DNA from: a virus
Direction: 5' to 3' (one strand)
DNA length: 33,520 nucleotides
IMG/VR virus record: IMGVR_UViG_3300025874_000003
Part shown: positions 13,269 to 22,565 of the stretch, piece by piece
Numbering within the stretch: position 1 is the stretch's first letter
Layout of the letters: the number at the start of each line of letters is the position of its first letter
The notes under the pieces: generated by a model
Seen by the model: only the letters and a program-made list of their open reading frames with translations
The model's database searches: none
What the model was told of the DNA's origin: nothing
Position numbers and translations under genes: made by a program

Positions 13269-13433
13269 ATGGAGCAGATAGACTCTAATCAGTACTTTAT
13301 GGATATGTTTTTAGAATACTTTAACAATTTCTTAACTTATGAATACTTTGCGGAATACTTCGCGCTTGATGTTGAAGTGGCCAGATACATTATTGATCAT
13401 GGCCGCAAACTGTATCAGGCGAAGTACGGCTAA
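13269..13433 (+). CDS. 54-aa hypothetical protein (MEQIDSNQYFMDMFLEYFNNF...)
   Basis: Hand translation. AAGGAG lies 7 nt upstream of the ATG. Below the ORF-track length cutoff. Confidence 0.6.
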   Translation: MEQIDSNQYFMDMFLEYFNNFLTYEYFAEYFALDVEVARYIIDHGRKLYQAKYG

Positions 13434-13487
13434 ATATATTAATCAGTAAAAACAATGGCTTAAATGCTACAATATAAGGGTGAAATT

Positions 13488-13808
13488 ATGACTGATAGAA
13501 TAAAGATTATTAATTTACACGCGCAAGCCAGAGAGCTAAATGCGTTAAGTGAGCATAGGTTGTTAGAGTCTATTTATAGCGATATACCTGAGCGCGGTAA
13601 ATATATCATTAGAGCGGGCACTTATTATGAGCTTAGACAATGGTTAACCATAGGCGCGCATTTTGAGAGTAACCCAGTATATAAGGCAAAGACTAAGCGA
13701 GAACTATTCAACGCTATACAGTGCGCCATTGATATACTACAGGACAATAAGCGGGCCATTGTTAACAATCATTGGGACGATAAGCACGGCAATGGTGGTT
13801 CCTTATGA
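13488..13808 (+). CDS. Hypothetical protein
   Basis: ATG 13488 follows AAGGGTGA. The ORF-track start at 13464 has no Shine-Dalgarno. Confidence 0.6.
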   Translation: MTDRIKIINLHAQARELNALSEHRLLESIYSDIPERGKYIIRAGTYYELRQWLTIGAHFESNPVYKAKTKRELFNAIQCAIDILQDNKRAIVNNHWDDKHGNGGSL

Positions 13809-13912
13809 TGGGCCAAAGCGAGGAGCTATTATTCGCTATTGTGTTTGTCTATATGATAGCCGCATTAATATATAACATAGCCACAGACTGGCAACACTTT
13901 TGGGATGATTAG
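13805..13912 (+). CDS. 35-aa membrane peptide (MMGQSEELLFAIVFVYMIAALIYNIATDWQHFWDD)
   Basis: ATGA overlap with the upstream stop, and a single TM segment. Confidence 0.4.
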   Translation: MMGQSEELLFAIVFVYMIAALIYNIATDWQHFWDD

Positions 13913-13967
13913 AACCCCTTATTTTTGGAATCTATTACATCCACACCTATACAAGAACACACAACAG

Positions 13968-13992
13968 CCCACCTTAATACGTGGGTTTTTTT
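13968..13992 (+). terminator. Rho-independent terminator ending the ORFan operon
   Basis: CCCAC (13968-13972), loop CTTAATAC, GTGGG (13981-13985), then a run of 7 T. Confidence 0.6.
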
Positions 13993-14207
13993 ATGCCTTA
14001 GATATACTCTAAAACCCTAAATCATTTAGATTATATATTTGGCGGCCTCCTATAAGTCAATACCATTTAGTGCGCGTCTATTGCGTTCTAAGCAACGCCC
14101 CCATATACTGACCCCATTGCATTGATCGATGCCATTGCGTCCAGTATGCGACCGCATATAAAGTCTGGCGGGTATGCTGGATAATGAAGAGGGGGGGGTA
14201 GGGCGGA

Positions 14208-14234
14208 TTGATTCTCAAAGACGGCGCGTATAAT
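14208..14234 (+). promoter_or_regulatory. Candidate promoter for the structural operon (TTGATT - 15 nt - TATAAT)
   Basis: TTGATT at 14208-14213 and TATAAT at 14229-14234, 32 nt upstream of the terS ATG. The spacer is short. Confidence 0.35.
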
Positions 14235-14265
14235 ACACCCCATAACTTTTTAGCGGATAAATCGA

Positions 14266-14628
14266 ATGACAGATAGAAAACGAGGCAGACCAGAAGTAGA
14301 GTTTGACTTAGTTGAGCTAGAAGACCTCTCAAGGTCACATTGCTCGTTTATAGAGCTTGCTAAGTTCTATAATTGCTCCGAAACCACAGTTAAAGATCGT
14401 TATAAGAACGATTTAGACTTTAAAGGCGCTGTAGATCGTGGTAGATTTGAGGCAATTAAGGGTTTGCGCCGTAAACAGCTAGAAATGGCTATGGATGGCA
14501 ACACCCAATTAGCTATTTGGCTCGGTAAGCAGATGCTAGGACAGACTGACAAGGCTGAGATTGATCAATTGTCTCGCGTAGAGCCAATCAGCATTGAAAT
14601 CGTTAATCCCGATGGCAGTTTGACCTAA
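14266..14628 (+). CDS. terS: Terminase small subunit (HTH type)
   Basis: KRGRPEVEF...SFIELAKFYNCSETTVKDRYKND...FKGAVDRG...GNTQLAIWLGKQMLGQTD is the common small-terminase HTH pattern. It sits upstream of terL. Confidence 0.7.
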   Translation: MTDRKRGRPEVEFDLVELEDLSRSHCSFIELAKFYNCSETTVKDRYKNDLDFKGAVDRGRFEAIKGLRRKQLEMAMDGNTQLAIWLGKQMLGQTDKAEIDQLSRVEPISIEIVNPDGSLT

Positions 14629-14700
14629 AAAAAATTTCTCCCCTACGGGGGGTATACCAAATCTCTCAAGAATTGCGAAATCAGTAAATGGCTTTGTAAT

Positions 14701-14744
14701 TTTTTGGGAGGTTAATCATTAAGATTTTGGGAGCTTATTCATTG
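14701..14744 (+). repeat. Two diverged tandem copies of the 21-bp motif, 23-bp phase, abutting the terL start codon
   Basis: TTTTTGGGAGGTTAATCATTA (14701-14721) and ATTTTGGGAGCTTATTCATTG (14724-14744). The TTTGGGAG cores lie at 14703 and 14726. Confidence 0.8.
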
Positions 14745-14745
14745 A

Positions 14746-15984
14746 ATGGCTAAATTAACGCCGACCAAGCCGCAATTTGATTATATCAATACAGAGGCTA
14801 AATTCCCTGCGCTAGTTGCAGGATTTGGTGCTGGCAAGACCGAAGCAGCCGTACAGCGGTGCATTATCGGTAAATTAAGGAACCCCACTACAAATAGGGG
14901 CTTCTACGAACCTACCTACGATTTGATTCGTATGATTGCGTGGCCGCGTTTCGAGGAAATCCTCACCGAGCTGCAAATACCCTATAAACTACACAAGTCG
15001 CCTCTAAACTACATAGACCTTGGCGCTTACGGTCAGATAATCTTCCGCTCAATGGAGAATATCAACCGAATCATCGGTTATGCCCATGCCGATGCCGATA
15101 TTGACGAACTCGATACCTTAAAAGAATCCGATGCTGCTGCTGCGTTCCGAGCTATTATGGCTCGTAACCGTGAAGTCAAACCTAATGGTGAACCCAACAC
15201 AATTGGCGTAACCACCACACCTGAAGGCTTTAAATTCGTCTACAAGACGTGGAAAAAGAATCCTCAGAAAGGCTTTGAACTGATACAAGCGCCAACAGCG
15301 TCTAACCCGCATCTTCCCTCGGACTATGTGGAAAACTTAAAGGCTATTTACCCTAATAACCTGCTCTCAGCATATTTGAACGGCGAGTTCGTCAACTTAA
15401 CCCAAGGAACTGTCTATAACGGCTATAACCGTGACAAAAACCAGAGCGATGCAACGATTAATCGCTTTGACTTCCTTATGGTCGGTATGGATTTCAACGT
15501 AACGGCAATGTCGGCGGTAGTCTTCGTGCAACGTAACGGTATATACCATGCAGTCAAAGAATTGACGGGTATCTACGATACGCCAACCATGATCCATACA
15601 CTGAAGACTAAATTCCCTAATCACAACATTGCGGTGTACCCAGATGCGTCTGGCGCGTCAAGAAAGACCGTGAATGCAAGTATATCCGATATATCCCTGT
15701 TAGAAACGGCAGGATTTGAGTGTAGAGCACCTAAGAAAAACCCTTTTATCAAAGATCGAGTCATGGCCGCTAATGCCGCCTTTGAATCAAGCCAAGTATT
15801 GATAAATTCCGATGAATGTCCTGAACTTTCCAGTAGTTTAGAGCAATTAACCTACGATAATAACGGCGTACCCGACAAAACCTCTGGTTTAGATCATTTA
15901 ATAGACGCTGCGACCTATCCTATTGCCCACGAACTGCCAATTATCAAACCAATAGCGGCAGTGCCGTTTAAATTTGCGATTTAA
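14746..15984 (+). CDS. terL: Terminase large subunit
   Basis: Walker A VAGFGAGKTEA near the N-terminus. 412 aa, positioned directly before the portal gene. Confidence 0.85.
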   Translation: MAKLTPTKPQFDYINTEAKFPALVAGFGAGKTEAAVQRCIIGKLRNPTTNRGFYEPTYDLIRMIAWPRFEEILTELQIPYKLHKSPLNYIDLGAYGQIIFRSMENINRIIGYAHADADIDELDTLKESDAAAAFRAIMARNREVKPNGEPNTIGVTTTPEGFKFVYKTWKKNPQKGFELIQAPTASNPHLPSDYVENLKAIYPNNLLSAYLNGEFVNLTQGTVYNGYNRDKNQSDATINRFDFLMVGMDFNVTAMSAVVFVQRNGIYHAVKELTGIYDTPTMIHTLKTKFPNHNIAVYPDASGASRKTVNASISDISLLETAGFECRAPKKNPFIKDRVMAANAAFESSQVLINSDECPELSSSLEQLTYDNNGVPDKTSGLDHLIDAATYPIAHELPIIKPIAAVPFKFAI

Positions 15985-15986
15985 TT

Positions 15987-17453
15987 ATGAGCGTAGAACA
16001 ACAAAACCCAGAATACTCAACTTACTTAGACGAATGGCGCATGGTGCAAGATTGCTGTGACGGCCAACGTGCTATTAAGAAAAAGCGAACTAAATACCTG
16101 CCATCTATGGAGGGTGTTTCCGAGGTAGACACAAGATATGTCAATTACCTATCTCGCGCCGTCTTTGTCAACTTCACTGGCAAGACTAGAGACGGATTGA
16201 CTGGTGCGATCTTTAGAAACCACCCTGAAGTTGTATTACCTAGCGAAACTGAGTATTTAGAATCTAATGCTGACGGTGCTGGCGAATCTTTAGTTAGTTT
16301 GGCTAAGGATGTAACTGGTGAGGTTATATCTAAAGGCCGACACGCACTTCTAGTTGACTACCCTGAAGTTGCAGAGGGATTAAGCCTAGAAGATGTTAAC
16401 AGGTTATCCCCAAAGGCCACGATTAACCGCTATACAGCCGAAAACTTTGTTAATTGGCGCGTAGAAGTGGTAAATGGTCAGAAATTACTCGCTTTAGCAG
16501 TGCTTTGCGAAGAATACGACAACAATGATGACGAGTTCTCTTACGAAATCAAAAAGCAGTACCGAGTTCTACGTTTGAGAGATGGCGTTTATACCCAACA
16601 GTTATATCAAGATAACGAACCTATAACCGCAGAGTATATACCCAAGAAAGCTAACGGCGAGTTCTTTGATTTCATTCCTTTGTTTATTATCGGCTCTGAA
16701 AACAATGACCCTACTGTAGATGTACCTCCATTAGCTGATGTAGCTCACATTAACATTGCTCACTACCGCAATTCTGCCGATTTAGAAGAAAACTGCTTTG
16801 TTCACGGTCAGTTAACCCTTGGTGTGTCATCTTCTATGTCTTTAACCCAGTTTACAGAAGCTAACCCTAACGGAATTACTGTTGGGTCAATGGCTGGTCA
16901 CTTTTTAGGTGACTCTGGTGGCTTCTCTGTTGTGCAAGCGTCAGAAAACCAACTAGCTGATCGCTTAATGGTCAGAAAAGAAGAGCAAATGCGTAAACTT
17001 GGCGCTCGAATGATGGAAGTGGGCGCTGCAAAGACTGCGACTCAAAGCCTTATCGAGCAAGCGGGTGAGACATCTATCCTAACTACTATCGCCGACAACG
17101 TAACAGAGGGTATTAAAGCCTGTATCGAATGGTGCGGTATGTTTATGGGCGCAACACAAGAGTCTACATTCGTCTTAAACACTAAGTTCTTTGATGAAGT
17201 TGCTGACCCACAAATGCTTATGGCTGCAATGCAATTAAATGAAAGCAATCTGATTGCTAAGTCAGATATGCAAGAGCTGGCAAGAGAACAAGGTGTGATC
17301 AAAGATGGTCGCACTAACGAAGACATTGACGCTGAATTAGAGGCTGAAATGTCAAGGATTCAGGCGGAAGTAGAGCCTGAAGAAGAGGTTGAAGAAGAAA
17401 TTGAAGAAGAAAGTGTCAATTCTTTGACAATAAATGAGCAAGATGGTATATAA
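15987..17453 (+). CDS. Portal protein
   Basis: 488 aa, immediately after terL, with an acidic C-terminal tail (EVEPEEEVEEEIEEE). Confidence 0.8.
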   Translation: MSVEQQNPEYSTYLDEWRMVQDCCDGQRAIKKKRTKYLPSMEGVSEVDTRYVNYLSRAVFVNFTGKTRDGLTGAIFRNHPEVVLPSETEYLESNADGAGESLVSLAKDVTGEVISKGRHALLVDYPEVAEGLSLEDVNRLSPKATINRYTAENFVNWRVEVVNGQKLLALAVLCEEYDNNDDEFSYEIKKQYRVLRLRDGVYTQQLYQDNEPITAEYIPKKANGEFFDFIPLFIIGSENNDPTVDVPPLADVAHINIAHYRNSADLEENCFVHGQLTLGVSSSMSLTQFTEANPNGITVGSMAGHFLGDSGGFSVVQASENQLADRLMVRKEEQMRKLGARMMEVGAAKTATQSLIEQAGETSILTTIADNVTEGIKACIEWCGMFMGATQESTFVLNTKFFDEVADPQMLMAAMQLNESNLIAKSDMQELAREQGVIKDGRTNEDIDAELEAEMSRIQAEVEPEEEVEEEIEEESVNSLTINEQDGI

Positions 17454-17501
17454 CTAAAGGGCTACAGGGTAGCCTATATTTTATAACTAGGGGTTATAAG
17501 A

Positions 17502-18182
17502 ATGAGTATTAAATACAGTGTAAGTGCAGAAGAATTTGGAACGTTAGACGATTCACAGCAAGGTTTATATTCGCAGGGCGAAGATGGCTACACTTTGAAT
17601 GTTGAGGGCGTGCCAAAAGAAGATGTATCAGGTCTAAAGCGTAAGATTGACGAACTGCTTACCGAAAAGAAAACGGTACAGCAAAAGGCAAGCGAAGCTG
17701 AAGAACTGGCTAAGGCTGAAACGGCTGACAAGCTGCGTAAGGCTAACGATTTTGAGCAGTTATACAACAGCTCTGAGTCGGAACGGCAAAAGGCTTCTGA
17801 AGAGTTAGCGACTTTAAAGGCTAATTTACAGAAGCAACAGGTAGCAAGCCAAGCGGGACAAGTGGCATCTTCATTAACAAAAGATACTGCGCGAGCTAAA
17901 TTGCTAACTGAACAGATTTCATCTCGATTATCTCTTGTAGATGGCGAGATTAGGGTGTTGGACGGTAATGGGAACTTAACGGTCAGCACCGTGCAAGAAT
18001 TGACGCAATCCATCAAGGCGGAATACCCGTTTTTGGTTGACGGGTCACAAGCTGCTGGGGGTGGCGCAACGGGTGGAAACAGCGGGGCTGGTGATACCAA
18101 ACAAGTAAGTCGATCAGAATTTGATGCAATGGATGCCACTAAGCGCATGAAATTCGTCAAGTCTGGCGGCAAAATCATATAA
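17502..18182 (+). CDS. Scaffolding protein
   Basis: 226-aa charged coiled-coil protein lying between portal and coat. Confidence 0.7.
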   Translation: MSIKYSVSAEEFGTLDDSQQGLYSQGEDGYTLNVEGVPKEDVSGLKRKIDELLTEKKTVQQKASEAEELAKAETADKLRKANDFEQLYNSSESERQKASEELATLKANLQKQQVASQAGQVASSLTKDTARAKLLTEQISSRLSLVDGEIRVLDGNGNLTVSTVQELTQSIKAEYPFLVDGSQAAGGGATGGNSGAGDTKQVSRSEFDAMDATKRMKFVKSGGKII

Positions 18183-18203
18183 TTATTTTTTTGGAGAACC
18201 AAA

Positions 18204-19400
18204 ATGGGTAACTTAACATTAGATAGTTTAGCAACTGACATTTATGTTGCTGCTGACGTTGTAGGCCGTGAAGCTGTTGGCTTTATTCCTGCTGTAACCA
18301 TGAACGCTGATAGCTCTCGCGCTGCTGTAGGCGATACAATCAAAGCTGCTGTAACACCTAGCTCTTCTGCTGCACAAGATATTGCTGGCGGAGCAATGGC
18401 TATTCCAGAGGGCGAAGACCAAACTATCGGTAATAGCACTTTTCAAATCGGAAAATCGAAAGCTGTTCAAATCCCGATGTCTGGTGAACAAGAATTGCAA
18501 CTTCGTAACGCTGGTACTTACGACACTGTTTACGGTGATTTAATTGCACAAGCAATGCGTACTTTGACTAACGAAATGGAAGCTGATCTTGCTGTAACTG
18601 CACAAGGTAACTTTTCTCGTTTCGCTGGTACTGCTGGTACTACTCCATTCGGCTTTAGTGCATCTACTTCTGGTTTAGAAGACCTTGCTGCTGTACGTCA
18701 ACAATTAGTTGATAACGGCGCTGCAAATGGCGATCTACAAGGTGTATTTAACACTGTAGCTGGTGCAAAATTCCGCGCTAGTAACAACATCGTAAATGTT
18801 AATGCTGCTGGAAACGACAGCTTACGTACTCAAGGCGTTTTAATGCCTATGTACGGTATTGATGTTCGTGAGTCTTCGCAGATTTCATCTTATGATTCTG
18901 TTGGTACTGACGCTGCACTAGCAATCAACAACGGTTTAGTCGCTGCTGGCTCAACAACTCTTACTGTTGACGCAAACACTGCTGACGGCACTGGTTCAAT
19001 TGACTCAGGCGATTTGCTTTCGCTTGCTGGCGATTCAACTGGTTATGTTGCTTCTGGTACTGGTACTGCAAACGAAGCTGCTGGTGGTACTATCGTGCTC
19101 CGTGGTGATAAAGGTTTACGCAATGCTACATCTAACGATACTGCTGTAACTGTTGAGCGTGCTCTTTACAATCCTAACTTCGTATTCGCTCGTTCTGCTA
19201 TCGAGCTTGCAATGCGTGCTCCAGCAATTCCTTCTGTCGGCGATGCTGCTGACGATGCGGTACTTGTACAAGACCCACATTCAGGTCTAGTATTTGAAAT
19301 CCGTATCTACAAAGGCTATAAAAAGTCGATGATCGAAGTTGCTGCGTCTTGGGGAACTAAAGCGTGGAAACCTGACTTCATCGCTGCATTAATTGGCTAG
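18204..19400 (+). CDS. Major capsid protein (P22-coat-like by recollection)
   Basis: 398 aa, Ala/Gly/Thr-rich with highly biased codon use. GGAGAACC Shine-Dalgarno. Position after the scaffold gene. Confidence 0.8.
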   Translation: MGNLTLDSLATDIYVAADVVGREAVGFIPAVTMNADSSRAAVGDTIKAAVTPSSSAAQDIAGGAMAIPEGEDQTIGNSTFQIGKSKAVQIPMSGEQELQLRNAGTYDTVYGDLIAQAMRTLTNEMEADLAVTAQGNFSRFAGTAGTTPFGFSASTSGLEDLAAVRQQLVDNGAANGDLQGVFNTVAGAKFRASNNIVNVNAAGNDSLRTQGVLMPMYGIDVRESSQISSYDSVGTDAALAINNGLVAAGSTTLTVDANTADGTGSIDSGDLLSLAGDSTGYVASGTGTANEAAGGTIVLRGDKGLRNATSNDTAVTVERALYNPNFVFARSAIELAMRAPAIPSVGDAADDAVLVQDPHSGLVFEIRIYKGYKKSMIEVAASWGTKAWKPDFIAALIG

Positions 19401-19481
19401 TAGTTAGTAAGTTTTGGTCGGCTCTCTTGAGTTTCCCTCCCTTTTACTTTTGAGGGTCGGCCATTTTTTTAAGGTGCGAAC

Positions 19482-19961
19482 ATGGCTTTAACAGTAGAAA
19501 CAGGACAGCAATCAACAACTGCCAATAGTTACGTAACTGTTGTCAATTACGATTCTTACCTGAACGCAAGATACCCAGCACGTACAGATATAAGTGATGC
19601 TCAGGCAGAGGCTTACATTTTACGGGCTATGGATTATTTTGAAGAATTACCTTTCGTTGGCGTAAAAGCCAGTGATGTACAATCTTTACAGTGGCCTAGA
19701 AGTAACATTGTTATTGATGGCTACGGAAAGAGTGTAGACGAGATACCTAAAGAGGTATTAAATGCCATTTACGAATTGGCATACGGTTTCGAGCAAGGGT
19801 TCGGTATAAATGACCCCATCTCCAGAGAGACTGTAAAAGAGAAGATAGGCGAGATAGAGGTAGAGTATAAATCCTCTAGCGCAGATCGTACTTTGCTACC
19901 AGCGGCTTCTCAGGCGCTTAGAAAGCTAATTAGAAACCCAATGAGGGTTGTGAGGGCATAA
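19482..19961 (+). CDS. Head-tail adaptor / connector protein
   Basis: ANSYVTVVNYDSYL ... AEAYILRAMDYFE ... LQWPR pattern is typical of gp6-like/DnaT-like head completion proteins. Confidence 0.55.
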   Translation: MALTVETGQQSTTANSYVTVVNYDSYLNARYPARTDISDAQAEAYILRAMDYFEELPFVGVKASDVQSLQWPRSNIVIDGYGKSVDEIPKEVLNAIYELAYGFEQGFGINDPISRETVKEKIGEIEVEYKSSSADRTLLPAASQALRKLIRNPMRVVRA

Positions 19962-20314
19962 TGGCCTTTGATTATACGCCACTAGCGTTAACAGCTACGA
20001 AAATGATTGCCGATTTCGGTCAATCCGTGACCTTTACCAGAAATGGTAATGTCACCTATGATCCGACACAAGGTGTTAGCTCTAGTAGTCAGACAATATA
20101 TATGGCGAACGTAGTTTTATTTGCTCAGATAAAGAATGAGGAAGTTGATAGCTCTTTAGCCTTTAAAGACTTTCCTGCCGTTGCGTACTCCGCAACACCG
20201 CCTAAGATTGGTGATACGGTTTTTATAAATTCTGAAAGTTATAGAGTTATTGAGATTACACCAATACAACCAGCTCAAACGGTGATTTATTATGAGCTTC
20301 GACTCAGAAGTTAA
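19961..20314 (+). CDS. Head-tail joining protein, family unknown
   Basis: 117-aa ORF with a TAATG junction, inside the connector module. Confidence 0.5.
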   Translation: MAFDYTPLALTATKMIADFGQSVTFTRNGNVTYDPTQGVSSSSQTIYMANVVLFAQIKNEEVDSSLAFKDFPAVAYSATPPKIGDTVFINSESYRVIEITPIQPAQTVIYYELRLRS

Positions 20315-20678
20315 GGCTTATACAAAGATTGCGCTCAAAGATGCTCACAAGGTTGTGAAGCAAGTTGTTCAGGACGTGATGGTAAATACGGTTGATAGAA
20401 CTTCCGTAGATACAGGTAAGTTAAAAAATAGTTGGTATGCAAGTTTTGGCTCACCAATTATTGCTATTAATGGCAGAAGTGAAGATGCTTCTGGTGGTGA
20501 TAGTTTAAATAGCGCATACGATGTAACGAGTAAGATTGCAGAGTCTACAATGGGTGAGCCTATTTTCTTTACTAACTCGCTGCACTACGCTGAAAAGATA
20601 GAGCTAGGTGGGTATGCGAGAGCACCTGCTGGAATGATGCGGATTAGTATGAAGCAAGCTGTAAGGAAATTTGAATGA
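20292..20678 (+). CDS. HK97 gp10-like head-tail joining protein
   Basis: TSVDTGKLKNSW and YAEKIELG motifs resemble the gp10 family. Confidence 0.55.
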   Translation: MSFDSEVKAYTKIALKDAHKVVKQVVQDVMVNTVDRTSVDTGKLKNSWYASFGSPIIAINGRSEDASGGDSLNSAYDVTSKIAESTMGEPIFFTNSLHYAEKIELGGYARAPAGMMRISMKQAVRKFE

Positions 20679-21208
20679 GTGTCGATTACAACTTAATAAC
20701 CGAGTCTTCTACTGGCGACATTTACAATATTGACGCAGGTTCGATTACAGATGCTGTAGCAGCCGATCTTAGTAAGCCGTTTAGAAATATACGTATAGGA
20801 TTTGAATCTCTGTTTAATACAATGTGTACAAATTTAAGCATTACACATAAAATATATGAAAATACAGACTTCGATTTATCTGAAGTTTTAAAGACTAACT
20901 TAAATGCTGAATGGGTTGTAGGTACGTTACTACCAGCAAATACAGCTACGGCTAGTCTTGGTACATCTGGAACAGAGCGACACGATGGGCTTTTCCAGAT
21001 TGATTACTACAGCAAAACTGGTGTTGGCGGATTTACTGATCGTGTAGACAGTATCGCTAACTACTTTACCAGAGGCATGAAAATAACTTCTAACGGCACG
21101 GTCGTTAGGATTTTGAACGTATCACTTGGCGTTGGGCGCAGAGATGGTGCATTTTTTGTTAGAAATATAGATGTATCTTATTATGCGGTAACGCCCGCGA
21201 GGAATTAA
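20675..21208 (+). CDS. Tail completion / terminator-like protein
   Basis: 177 aa with an ATGA overlap, directly upstream of the tail tube gene. Assigned by position only. Confidence 0.4.
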   Translation: MSVDYNLITESSTGDIYNIDAGSITDAVAADLSKPFRNIRIGFESLFNTMCTNLSITHKIYENTDFDLSEVLKTNLNAEWVVGTLLPANTATASLGTSGTERHDGLFQIDYYSKTGVGGFTDRVDSIANYFTRGMKITSNGTVVRILNVSLGVGRRDGAFFVRNIDVSYYAVTPARN

Positions 21209-21210
21209 TT

Positions 21211-22143
21211 ATGGCAATTGCAAGTGGAACTAACGTAGTAGTTGGTTTTAAAAAAGAAGCAACTTATGGCTCAGAAGTAGCTGGAACTGATTATCAAATA
21301 ATCCCATTCAAGTCTGCTAGTTTAAGTTTGGCTAAAACCAACCACGAATCCGCCGTAATTACAGGCAACCGTGAACTACAAGACGTTATCATGGGTGCTC
21401 ACTCAGTTACAGGTGAAATCTCTTTTGATCTAGCACACCAGCCAGCATACATTGGTATGTTACAGGGTGTCTTAGGTGATAGCTCATTATCTGGTGGAGC
21501 TATGCAAATCGGCTCTGAGAGACAGTCATACACTATCGTACAAGATTTTGGCGCTGACCTAAATGGCGGCGATGACGCGCATGTTTACACTGGTTGTGAG
21601 TTTAATAACTTCTCAATGAGCATTCCTGCTGACGGACTTGTCGAGTGTAGCGTTGGTATCGTTGGCGCAACAATGACTACTGAAACTGCTGGTAATGACG
21701 CAGACCCAGATGACGGTGGAGCTAACTACGTTGAAGCTAACAATCCATTCCATTCTTCTGACGCTACAATCACTTCAAGCGAAGCTGCTGCAATCCTAAC
21801 AGACCTTTCTTTATCTGTTGAGAATGGCATTGAAACAACTAACTCTGTTGGTGAAGTTGTGCCGATTCAAGGCGGTATTGGTAAGTGTCGTGTAAGCGGC
21901 TCTTTAACGGCTCACTTTACTACTCCAGCATTGCTAGAGAAGTTTATCAGCAACACTTCAAGCACTTTAACTATTAGCTTTGGCTCTAGTACAACGGGTA
22001 TTAGCTTTACAATGGCTAAAATCATCTATACTACTGGTGCTGTTGAAGTTGGTGGTGAAGGTCTTTTATCTGTAGCTATGGACTTTGTAGCGGTAGCCGC
22101 TGATGCAAGCACTTCTACATTGGTAATTGATACAGCGTTATAA
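21211..22143 (+). CDS. Major tail (tube) protein
   Basis: 310 aa, positioned before the chaperone pair and tape measure and followed by a hairpin terminator. No sheath gene is present, so the tail is non-contractile. Confidence 0.7.
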   Translation: MAIASGTNVVVGFKKEATYGSEVAGTDYQIIPFKSASLSLAKTNHESAVITGNRELQDVIMGAHSVTGEISFDLAHQPAYIGMLQGVLGDSSLSGGAMQIGSERQSYTIVQDFGADLNGGDDAHVYTGCEFNNFSMSIPADGLVECSVGIVGATMTTETAGNDADPDDGGANYVEANNPFHSSDATITSSEAAAILTDLSLSVENGIETTNSVGEVVPIQGGIGKCRVSGSLTAHFTTPALLEKFISNTSSTLTISFGSSTTGISFTMAKIIYTTGAVEVGGEGLLSVAMDFVAVAADASTSTLVIDTAL

Positions 22144-22151
22144 TCTTAAAC

Positions 22152-22176
22152 AGCCTCACTGGGTGGGGCTTTACTT
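22152..22176 (+). terminator. Hairpin terminator/attenuator after the tail tube gene
   Basis: AGCCTCAC (22152-22159), loop TGG, GTGGGGCT (22163-22170), followed by TTTACTT. Confidence 0.5.
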
Positions 22177-22193
22177 AACCAAAAGGGTGATTT

Positions 22194-22565
22194 ATGAAAA
22201 TTAGTGAACTATATACAACTGAGTTACACGAAGCTGGCTCTGAAATAGAAATTATTGACGACCAAGGCAATGAAACAGGTCTTTTCATTAAAGTAATGGG
22301 TGTGGACTCTCCTGTATTCCGAGCGCAAGCAAAGAAGCAGCAGAAATCATATATGGAAGCTCTAAGAGCTAACAAAGACTTTGATGACGAGGCAATGACT
22401 GTAGATAGTTTAGTTGCATCTACTATAAGCTGGCGCGGAACTGACGAGAAGTTTACTAAAAATCTATGTAAGCAGCTTTATATTAAAGCGCCATACATAA
22501 GAGATCAGATTGACACCTTTATGGCAGATAGAGCAAATTTTACGAGCGCCAAGCCGAAAAAATAA
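22194..22565 (+). CDS. Tail assembly chaperone (gpG analogue)
   Basis: 123 aa between the tail tube and tape measure genes. Ends ...CCG AAA AAA TAA. Confidence 0.75.
   Translation: MKISELYTTELHEAGSEIEIIDDQGNETGLFIKVMGVDSPVFRAQAKKQQKSYMEALRANKDFDDEAMTVDSLVASTISWRGTDEKFTKNLCKQLYIKAPYIRDQIDTFMADRANFTSAKPKK

Noticed and set aside
14078-14338. 86-aa minus-strand ORF across the terS start
   Set aside because: It overlaps the terS start and the candidate late promoter, has no ribosome-binding site, and is oriented against the whole structural arm. The region is better explained as non-coding regulatory or packaging DNA.
17588-18241. 217-aa ORF on the minus strand
   Set aside because: It is entirely antisense to the scaffold gene, in a module whose order (portal-scaffold-coat) is complete without it. 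The product is low-complexity and Ser/Ala/Cys-rich, there is no Shine-Dalgarno, and it looks like a mirror of the biased codon use on the coding strand.
19401-19481. Terminator after the major capsid gene
   Set aside because: Only a 5-bp CCCTC/GAGGG stem with a 12-nt loop precedes the T7 run. A GGTCGGC direct repeat is present, but no convincing hairpin, so the evidence is too weak to call.
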